Source: Entomortierella parvispora E1425
Taxonomy: Eukaryota; Fungi; Mortierellomycota
DNA: 64,000 nt
Direction: 5' to 3'
Assembly (NCBI GenBank): GCA_020891255.1
Contig: BQFW01000009.1
Span: 1,240,001-1,304,000, forward strand
The notes below the pieces were generated by a model. That model saw nothing but the letters and a program-made list of their open reading frames with translations. It was not told the DNA's origin and ran no database searches. This document shows positions 1 through 9,921 of the stretch, one piece after another. A program made the position numbers and the translations under genes. The stretch's first letter is position 1. Every line of letters starts with the position of its first letter.

Positions 1-3000
1 GTCAAAGTTCATATCATCCCGGCATCAAACGATCCATGATGATACCCAGCAGCAGCTCAAATCAACGCTTCCGTTCAGCTTTCACCATTCCAGAATTGGC
101 GCTCAAAACGCCTTGCCTTTTGCAACCACGGAGTCCAAGAACTCACCCGTCCAACAAAAGAGGCAAGCTCTGTCCCCTCAAGCGGTTTCCCGTTTACTTT
201 CGGTCTTTGCGGATTGCAGCATGGTCTTGTTCGACCAAGGGAACAAATCTCTACAGAATTTAGGCCTGGTTTTCAAATCAGAGAACTGGCTCAGTTTATG
301 GATTCAACATGCTAGACTTCAAGACGCTTTGTGCTGGGCGAACCGACTACTGGAGATTGACCCGGAGGTCCTTGTAGCAAACGAGGAGTTGTTTCTTGAA
401 ATTTGGTTCAGGACGATGGGAGCACCCACTTCGGAGCTAACACTTCAACATCGGTTCATGAGGGCCATCATGCGATTTCTCAACAACGAAAAACCATCAG
501 CTCCTCTCCTCTTTTCCAATTCGGATGCGCTCTTGTCTATTACCCTCTTTCGCGATTTACCCTTGGCGTTCTTGGATGATACAGTCACGGATGGAAAGAA
601 AGCGACCATCTCTTTTACAGTGGACGTCAATCAAAGCCTGATAGAGTCTTCTCGTGACAAAAACCTGAGCCAGGAGTTCAAAGAATCACGACTTCAGGTG
701 TTGAGCAAAGTTCTCAGTAACATGGGAGAGCAGTACCTCATGTTGCGATCTGGCACCGGTACTGGAAACGTCCATAGGGCCTTGGCGATGAAAGGTCGCT
801 ATCAGATCTTCATTGGTCAACTTCTGCAGCAGGTGAAACAGGATTACGAGGTATGTATCCCATATCCTATATATCATGGCCTCTAGCGAGTGACAGGACT
901 TCAAAGCTGACAGCTTCTACAATGCCTGAAATCACTCTCTAGCGCCTAAACATCCAAAAGATGGTTCGAGATAGCAAGGCACATGTGGAGCTTGCCCATC
1001 ATGTTGTCGGCTGCGTCATTCAACATTGCGGACTCATTGTACAAAACACACCTCTGACGGGATCACAAGATAGTATTCTGGGCTACTTGACCTCGTCGCG
1101 TTTCTTCCCCCAGCCTCGATTGTAAGTCTGATAATTCCTTGTGTTGTTTTCTAAAATGAAAATCCCGATTCCTGTATTACCATCAACTTATTAACAATCA
1201 ACGACTTTTGATGTCGATTTAGGGACAGTGTCTATGTTCACCAAAAGATCCGCGGCTACGCGTTCTTGTACCATGCTGGGGAGAAGCAATTCTTCTCCGA
1301 GTTGATAGAATTGGCGCTGAACCAGCTACGACTCGTGGCAGGATCAAATTCTTTCAGATTTAATCTGTCTTGCGAATATTCAGGAACAGGCCTTGCGAAT
1401 GGCAGCACGTCTCTTGCGGTCGTTTCTAACAGCTCGGCTCTGGGGATTAGAGTGATGGATTGTCATCAATTAACCTATGGGCACTCGGATAATGTGGCGG
1501 ACGAGAGTTTGTCACCTTCGCCTGGAGCTCAGAATACGTCTCTCTCAACGGCCCACCCTGCATTCGGCGACCCGCTACCTCATGGACATCACGAAAAATC
1601 CGGTGCACCAGGATTGAAACCCACCATTCAAACCCTAGTCACCAATCAGGGTACCCGTATCAAAGAGCCATTGGAGATATCGCGCGATGCACTTTGGACG
1701 TTGACTAGCAGTCTGCGGAATGCAATTCTTGAAACCGATGACCGAAAGCAATGGTAAGCAGCCATTTTTTTTTTTTTTTTTGAACCTACGGGAATTTTGC
1801 TTCATTGTTGCACGGACAAATTGCTAAACACCAACGCCATTGCCCACTTAATATATGAATATGATAGGAGTATGGTTTTAAGTGGTTTCCGCTCATTGCT
1901 TCTTGCGGCTCTCTTTCGGCCCTTGTTGACGGCTTTTCTAGGTGAGCCTCCAGAGGAAGGGCACTGCTCCTCCCTTTTGCGCATTGGAAGAAGTCCACGA
2001 CAAAACATCACAGTTAGCAGTTCTCGCTGGTTTGCAACGGCGGGGCTGATTACAGTGGCTGTCCCAGCAGCTCGATGGCTAAAGTCGTTGGTGGAGGCTT
2101 TGTCCAACGATATCTCGCAATTGACGTCCCCTGGTCCCCAAACTAATGAGGGAGTGCCTATTGGAGAAGGCAACAGTGCAATGGCTGCCACCTCGCCCTT
2201 GTTGGCCTTCAAGACTTTTCAGAAGGAGACTTCAGTCATGTTTTTGCCCCTTTTGCAAAGTTTGAGCGGATGTTACGATGCTGTAGCCAGGACTCGACTA
2301 CTGGAGACGGCTAGGGAACTGCTGGCATCTCTTTCAGCTGCAGATAGAACACCTGTGGATTTCCAACAGCAGATTTCAGAGCAGGAAAGGATGGCTTGCC
2401 AGGGACTTTACCTCTTTGGTCAGCTCCTGCAGACCATCAAATCGATCGTGAAGGTGTCCAGGAAGACTCAGTTGCTGTATCCTGCATTTTGTACGTATTA
2501 CTGAATCCTCTGCTGCGCAATTCCGAGTTAACTCTGTACTAATTCAGCGCACTTTCATTTCCACTCAGACGATCGAAATAGGTCCTGGAGGGAAACGTTT
2601 CTAGAGCTATTACAAGTTGCTTTGGACCACAGTCTGGATATGATGATTACACTGGGCGGTCCAATTGAGGCGGACTTTCTACCCACCGAGGATGATCAAG
2701 GCTACCAAGTACAGGCGGATGTCGCTCTTGCTTTGGGACAATCAGAAAGCATACAGTGGGATTCTGAAAACAGGATACCTGGAGTTGAAGATGTGGCATC
2801 GCTTGAGTCTGCATTCAGTGAGTTTCTTTCTAGTCACTCTCAGTCTGTCGCCATGGAATCGGCTGTCCGGAAGGAATTGTTTTCACGGCTTGGACATCCT
2901 CAAGGCTGGGCTGGAGATATCATGTCGGAGGCAGGACTGGACAGTGCGATGATGGAGGATCCTGATCAGGGTCTTGACGGAGAGAGAGTTGATGAACACC

Positions 3001-3413
3001 GCCGTGCTCCTTTTCTGCCAAAGGCTTCTCCAAGTTCTCGAATGAGGAGACTGCAATGGATCCTATGGACCTTTTTGAGCTCGCATCTCGATTTCTGTCA
3101 GGCTATCTCGACTTTGGATCCCCGGTTCCATCGTCAAGTCCAAAAATCACTCTCGGTCTTGTTGAAGCCGCCTCCACCGTTGCCTTCGCCTCTGGAGAGG
3201 GCCCCCTCCGTGTCCTTGGAGAGCTCGGTCTGGTTTGACTTGGCCCATTCTGCTCGCGACTCTGGCGGACAGGGATCAAACCCCCTCTCGTCCTGGGGAT
3301 TGTTGGGCCAATGCTTGGGCAAGGAGTGGAATTTGTTTTTGATGTCCCTGGGTGAGACGGGACAGCAGTATGGTGGTGGGGAGTGGGAGAAAGAAGGCGA
3401 CGTCTTTGTGTAA
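1..3413 (+). CDS. MMS22: Mus7/MMS22-family replication-repair protein, C-terminal part (5' end outside window; ~5 exons)
   Basis: Frame is open from position 2. GT-AG introns at ~851-941, ~1123-1220, ~1754-1867 and ~2491-2568 join the ORFs. The spliced peptide LEIWFRTM...LQHRFMRAI...EFKESRLQVLSKVLSNM...YQIFIGQLLQQVKQDYERL...HVELAHHVVGCVIQH...FFPQPRLDSVYVHQKIRGY matches the fungal Mus7/MMS22 C-terminal pattern as I recall it (recognition from memory, not a search). Confidence 0.72.
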
Positions 3414-3957
3414 AGTAGATCCTTGTAATATAGAAAATAAAGCCGTCGACCCATCACATGAGAGAGAATACACGGTCCTTGTAAGAGGTACGCCATGGTC
3501 ACGATCGATTTTTTTGGTCTTGTTGTTGATTTGCTATGATCCTTTTCGACGGAAGTTGTTGGCGACCGGGCACTGGATGTCATTCCAGTGGTGTAACTGT
3601 AGGCGGGGAAATCTCGAAGTTCATTGTCCGTGTGGCGAATCAACATGTTTCTCATGAAAAAAGCACGCACAGACCACATCTCCGGATCGCCAAAAAAAAA
3701 AAAAAAAAAAAAAAAAATCAGCATGCTGATAGCTTTGGAGAGAGGGCGGGAGCAGATTATGTGAAGAGTCAGCCCTGTGCGCACGTCTTCCTCTCCCTTC
3801 CGTCTCCTCAAGGATTCAAAGAGGAGTATTTATCCCGCTCTCATATTCTATTTAGCATTTCTTTCACTGTTTTTCATCAGTTTCCTTTTCTACCCGCTCT
3901 CCTTTTATGTCATTATCCTGTGCATGCCATTCTCATGATCAGTCAAGTTGTACCAAT

Positions 3958-5760
3958 TTGGCGCCGTATGAACCGACTGAACGAAGCATCTGCGATAGAC
4001 GGAAGGAAATTCTTCTTGCGATCGTAAATGTTGCGTTGAATGGCATGTGGGGGATCGAGCGAATGGATCTATGGACTGTCAGTTTTTTGACGAGTTGGGT
4101 GAAAAACATGGATCTTTGATATCACGAGGCGGATCGATTCTCCAAGATGAGAGGATCTAAATGCACTTCGCCTCAAGTGAAAGGGAAGGCTTTTTACTAG
4201 TCGACATTGCTGTTCAAAGATGTGTGGGCCAGCATCTTGGCGCCATGTGGACCGGATCGAACGAAGCATCTGCGATCGAAAGAAGAAAAGAAATTCTTCT
4301 TGCGATCGCAGATGTTGCGATGAGTGAGTGACCCAGCAAAGAACTGATGGATCTATGGACGGTCAGTTTTTTGACGAGTTGGGCAGAAATCGTGAATCCT
4401 TGATTTTACGATACGGATCGATGCATCTCGTCAAGAGGACCAAAGCCCACTTGGTTTCAGGTGAAAGGGATGACTTTTTACTAATCGACATTGCTGCTCA
4501 AAGAACTGATTGTCGTCGTATATATGAACCGACTGAACGAAGCATCTGCGATAGAAGGAAGGAAATTCTTCTTGCGATCGCAGATGTTGCGATGAGTGAG
4601 TAACCCTGCAAAGAACTGATGGATCTATGGACGGTCAGTTTTTTGACAAGTTGGGCAAAAATCGCGAATCTTTGATTTCTCAACATGGATCGATGCTTCT
4701 CCGCAAGCGGAACAAAATCTACTTGGTCCAAGATGAAGGAAACTATCTTTTACTAGCTGACATTGAGGGCCGAACATCCTGCGCTTAGAACAGAAATGTC
4801 GACTAACGAAGCATGGTAGCTTTCATCTTGGACAAAGTAGATTTTGTTCCGCTCGCGGAGAAGCATCGATCCATGTTGAGAAATCAAAGATTCGCGATTT
4901 TTGCCCAACTCGTCAAAAAACTGACCGTCCATAGATCCATCAGTTCTTTGAAGGGTTACTCACTCATCGCAACATCTGCGATCGCAAGAAGAATTTCCTT
5001 CCTTCTATCGCAGATGCTTCGTTCATATATACGACGACAATCAGTTCTTTGAGCAGCAATGTCGACTAGCAAAAAGTCATCCCTTTCACCTGAAACCAAG
5101 TAGGCTTTGGTCCTCTCGACGAGATGCATCGATCCGTGTCGTAAAATCAAGGATTCACGATTTCTGCCCAACTCGTCAAAAAACTGACCGTCCATAGATC
5201 CATCAGTTCTTTGCTGGGTCACTCACTCATCGCAACATCTGCGATCGCAAGAAGAATTTCTTTTCTTCTTTCGATCGCAGATGCTTCGTTCGATCTGGTC
5301 CACATGGCGCCAAGATGCTGGCCCGCACATCTTTGAACAGCAATGTCGACTAGTAAAAAGCCTTCCCTTTCACTTGAGGCCAAGTGCATTTTGATCCTCT
5401 CATCTTGGAGAATCTTGGAGAATCGATTCGCCTCCTGATATCAAGGATCCATGTTTTTCACCCAACTCGTCAAAAAACTGACAGTCCATAGATCCATTCG
5501 CTCGATCCTCCACATGCCATTCAACGCAACATTTACGATCGCAAGAAGAATTTCCTTCCGTCTATCGCAGATGCTTCGTTCGGTCGGTCCATGTGGCTCC
5601 AGTCTGGACTTGGCCCAGCAAACCTTCGAACAGCAATGTCGACTAATAAAAAGTCATCCCCTTCACCTGAAACCAAATGGGCTTTGCTCCTCTCGCCGAG
5701 AAAAATCGATCCATGTCGTGAAATCAAGGATTTGCGAGTTTTTGCCCAACTCGTCAAAAA
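3958..5760. repeat. Mirror-symmetric (foldback) array of ~280-bp units: 3 units, ~30-nt loop, 3 inverted units plus a partial 4th
   Basis: Left units start at ~3958, ~4237 and ~4524 and share GAACGAAGCATCTGCGAT...TTCTTCTTGCGATCG...GGATCTATGGAC..TCAGTTTTTTGAC.AGTTGGG...TCGACATTGCTG. The reverse complements run from ~4796 to 5760. Unit 2 versus its mirror: 5 substitutions in ~195 bp by manual comparison. Confidence 0.95.
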
Positions 5761-5922
5761 AAAAAAAAAAAAAAAAAAAGCAATCCATATATCACCAAAG
5801 GTTGTTCAAGCACCACAGAACCTGCGTGCGCACAGACAGGAGAGCAAGACTTGGGGGGGGTTTTTTTTTTTGGTTTTTTTTTTATATAAGTTGTTGGGCT
5901 ATTACATGTATTGAAATAAATT

Positions 5923-7356
5923 CTAAAGAATATATGCAACGGCAGCAGCGACCAATCCAAACACTGTGATCTTGGACACTGCAGCGTGGCCGGCGCCGCC
6001 GGTTTTTGACGCGCCAGTAGGGGCAGACACGGCGCCAGAACCGCTGGAAGTTCCGCTGGGAGTACTTCCGCTGATCTGAGGCGCCTGGACGTTGGTGGTC
6101 GAGCCGTTCATGCTGATAGCCACGGTACCTTGGATGGGGTAAACAAAGCTCTCCTCCCAGTAAGGCTGAGCAATGTCGTTACAAGCGGTAGCGGGCATCG
6201 TCTGGAATTCCTTCTGGATGGTGGGCAACCAGAACTCGGCCAGAGTGATGGTCGAGTTGGACAATTCGTGCTCAAGAACGACGTGGCCGACCTTGGTATC
6301 GTTGCCCTTGGCGCGGTTCTCGAGCCATCCTGCAACGGTCGCGTTGGCCTGGGAGTAAGGGAGGGTACCACCGGGCACGAGATCACCAGGGATCTGCCAG
6401 TCGTTGGTATCCAAGTCCCACATGATGTTACGCAAACCCATCTGCCAGGCAATGGATCGGACACGGTCATCAACATCACCATATGGAGGACGCCAGCATC
6501 GGGGGGTGATACCGAGCACTTGCTTGATCATCTTGAGTCCATAATAAAACTCAGCAACGACCTGGGCGTTCGTCAGTCGCGTCATGTAGGGGTGGGACCA
6601 GGTGTGGACGCAAATGGTATGACCATCATTGAGACCACGCTGGGCAGCATCTGGAGCACCCACGATTCTGGAACCGTAGTACATCAAGTTGGCCTTTTGG
6701 TCGTTGTGAGCCAACAAATAGTTGTACAAGTTGGGCTCTGCCCACTTTTCGTTTTCGGGGGTGACAGGGAAGTAGTACATTGGGCCGTCGTCGTAGGTCA
6801 ATCCCCAGGTTCCTTCCTTAGGACAGTTGGAAATGTCTGGTGGGATATAGTCCACTTTGGGGGTCACACAGCCGTTGTAAGTCCTAAAAACAAATAAAAA
6901 CAAATAAAAAAAAGTTATCAGCACCAGATTTCTTGGATCAATTGGTCCAAGATGGGATAAAGATCACACTGCACAAGGACAATACCACCAACAGTAAGGA
7001 TCGCTTGGACTGTATGTCGTCATGGTTGTCTCGGTTGTGGGGGCGACATTGGGAACCTTAGTCCAGTCAATGGTTTTCATGACAGCAACGATTTGGGGGT
7101 CAGTGGCAGCATCAGTGACAATCTGAAAAGTTGCAGGGTATCCGGTCGTCAAGTCGAGAGCGGCGGCGGTTGTTGGCAATGGGCCAGAAGGCACAGCTCC
7201 AGTTTGGGGCCATGATTTGATGACGCCAGAAGGGAGGGGGATGTCTGCGAGCCAAGCAGGGGAGGTTTGGGGGAGGTAACCGGTCGTTGGAGTGGCGGCG
7301 TTGGTGGTCGCTGCAAAAAAGAGAACAGCCAAGGCTGCTGACAGTTTCAGGGTCAT
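5923..7356 (-). CDS. Chitin deacetylase (CE4/NodB domain), signal peptide, Ser/Thr/Gly tail and hydrophobic GPI-type C-terminus
   Basis: Signal peptide MTLKLSAALAVLFFAATTNA (ATG 7356). One GT-AG intron (~6885-6986) restores CWW-TYNGC. CE4 motifs TYDDGP, HTWSHPYMT, RPPYGD, WDLDTNDW and VVLEHE. C-terminus VFGLVAAAVAYIL. Confidence 0.93.
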
Positions 7357-9921
7357 GGTGTCAGTAGGGAGAAGTTTGGAGATGAAATCGAGGGAAATGG
7401 TCAAATATTTAAGCAAGGCACGGAATTAACTCCGGATATCCGGGTATATCGTGGCCATTGAATCGTGATACCCTGTTGCTTTAAGAGCATGGCAATGGTT
7501 GTCTAAGAAAACTGCTCATCGCTCAGCCTCCGAGCATCTTCCTTTTGAGGCAGTTGGCGTCCAGCTGGCCATCCAGTTGGGGCGTGAAAACCCGAAAATA
7601 AGCCACGTCGCAGCCAAAAAAAGAAAAGGTTCAAAAAATGGGAGATGAAAAAAAGAAGGTTCAGTGAAAAAAAAAAAAAAAAAAAAAGGTTCATTCAACA
7701 TGAAGGCAGGTTGGCAAAGAGCCGGGTGGAGATTGTGAGCCCACCCTCGTCTGAAGCTACTGTCTGGGAGAAGTGCAAAGAGAACCTGTGGATCCTATTA
7801 AGATTTCCTGGTCGGAAAGCAAGGTTGAGACTAAAGAGCCACAAAAAGACAAGAGCTGAAGCCGATCCCCTTTCTGCAATTATAGAAATCACAATCTCCC
7901 ACAATGTCATTTTGCCTTGTGTAATCCGCCAAACTGAAAATGGATCTCACATCCAGCAAGAGAGTGCGAACTGTGAATATTGACTCAATTTCCATCGATA
8001 AGGATAAACCTCGTGGTGGACATGTCTTTGATGATGACCAAGGGAAAAATCGTACGGGATGCATGGTAGAGTCCCGGACAACAGGATACATTCTGAATGG
8101 AATCCTCCAGAGAGTAAAGAGAGCCTTTGTGCAACAGCACCTGGATGAACTGGGACAGAATACGGCAAAAATATAAAGAATGCATTCTGTTGTCCAGGGC
8201 TCAAGTGGTCGCAAAAAAGCTGATTCCTCAACAAAAGGTCATTGCAATTGAGACCCCTACGACGCGCCACAAACTCAAGCTGCCATTGCTATCTATCAAA
8301 TATCGAGTAAAAGAGAGAGGAACAACTGCACAAAGGTGGGTTGTCCCATAGGCTACAGCTTGATGGTGATGAAGCCGATTGAGATCCGCATGGAGTAGGC
8401 CCCTAGTGGTTTTGGCCTTGCTACTCTGAGACAGAGAGGAGAGACGCAAGGGCTTGATCACAGGGGTATGCAATAGACTTTTTTCAAGCCATTGATTTTG
8501 GAGGTCTGTAGTCTGTACTCTCATTCCGCCTTGGGCGCAAGAAGATTCTGCAGGCCTGACAAAAAAAATCTTTTGCTCCGCAAACAAGGGACCTTTGCCG
8601 TGCGCCCTGCGAGCCAGGCAGAAGAATCCAAAATATAATTTCACTCTTATTGCCGCTTTGTTGTTGTTGTTGCTGTTGCTGTATCGGATGACGCCAACAA
8701 CGAGTCGCTCCCAAAGACACCCACAAAACCCGATTCCATCGCCGATATGACCATTTTGAAGTCAACCTTTCCTTTTGGCCCAGATAATACTCCAGCATGG
8801 ATGTTGTGAACATCGTCCATGGACGAATGGACATCTTCGGCCTGTGCGCCCAGGCCTAGCTCCTCGTCCGCGGCCCTTGCCCCAATTCAAATCTACCCGT
8901 GTGCTTCTCCATGTAAGAGACATATGGGTTCCCTGACACCTCCGTTGCCACGGATTAAAATTACTCCTCCCACCAGCTCGTTCCCTTTTCACCAGGTCCC
9001 TAAACCATGGTGCAGAAGCATTCTCTGGTGTGTTTTTTTTGTATTACTATTTTTTCTAATTTTTCTATTTTTTTTTTTTTTTTTTTTTTTTTGCCTGACC
9101 TTGCCCCATCAACAAGACTCCGAGTTGACCATCTTGAGGGCTACTGAGTGTCATCATAATCCTTTGGAGCATGCGTCCCAGCCCTCCCAGTCCAAAAGAA
9201 TATTGAGGTGGGATGGGAGAACCATGCGAATTTTAAATAATGAGCGGCAGAACAGCGATTAGCTCATTGCTAGACAATACACGGCGGACATGAACGCGAT
9301 CAAGGAATGAAGACTCGCCGCGGGGGAGGAGTAACAGGGGCGTGTCTATGATCGTAGCCACTACAGCCCTACCAGCTCAAACCTTTTCATTCCAGCCGTG
9401 TTCAATTGACCCGCTGACTTTATCATGATCATGAACCGACATATGAGTGCAACGCTGTCTACAGGCGTACCCCCCCCCCCCCAACATGGACCCATAGAGT
9501 TACATTCTTCTCAATATTTGAAAAACCACGCTCGTAAGCGCTATCCCGTCTCCCTCAACATTACAGTCTTGGGACCAGCTGAATGGAGTCGACAATCGAA
9601 TCCAATGGATCAGCCGACCTCATCATGACCACCATGTCACCTAGCTACATATCTCATATATCTCGAAAACACCCATATCACTCGTTCTTTCCCTCATGTT
9701 CGTGTCCTTCACTTGTCTCCCTCAGCTGGTCTATTTCACAAGCATCTTATTTGCCGGCCGAATGCAATGCCAATCATCGCGTTTGCTCTTTCCAAAGCTA
9801 GAATGATCCTCCCGCCCCAGTTGCCTGTAAGTACCAAACCGTAACTTAAAAATAGCCATGTCGATTACTTTTAACAGATAAACTAGCACAAGCTATTGCC
9901 CCTGCAGTGTGAGTAGCCTTC

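Noticed and set aside
3958-5760. CRISPR array, tRNA-derived SINE or cyanobacterial HIP1 interpretation of the repeat
   Set aside because: Units are ~280 bp with no unique spacers and no cas genes. A/B-box-like strings are imperfect and too close together. GCGATCGC copies are simply part of the repeat unit. No target-site duplication was found at the array ends, so it is not called a mobile element.
3907-5969. Short ORFs repeated in the palindromic array (e.g. MTQQRTDGSMDGQFF..., MLRNQRFAIF...)
   Set aside because: Stops and frame changes differ between units, the ORFs appear on both strands only because of the symmetry, and no domain is recognisable.
6108-6897. Long antisense ORFs over CDA, cupredoxin, LRR and TMEM135 genes
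   Set aside because: Expected shadow ORFs from codon bias; the opposite strand carries the recognisable protein.
6931-6954. 22-bp near-perfect palindrome in the CDA intron, sharing TTGGTCCAAGATG with repeat unit 3
   Set aside because: A 13-mer match between a 1.8-kb array and a few kb of flank is not unlikely by chance, and the similarity does not extend.
7645-8351. Overlapping short + strand ORFs that might be a degraded gene or transposon
   Set aside because: No recognisable motif, no consistent splice path and no terminal repeats.
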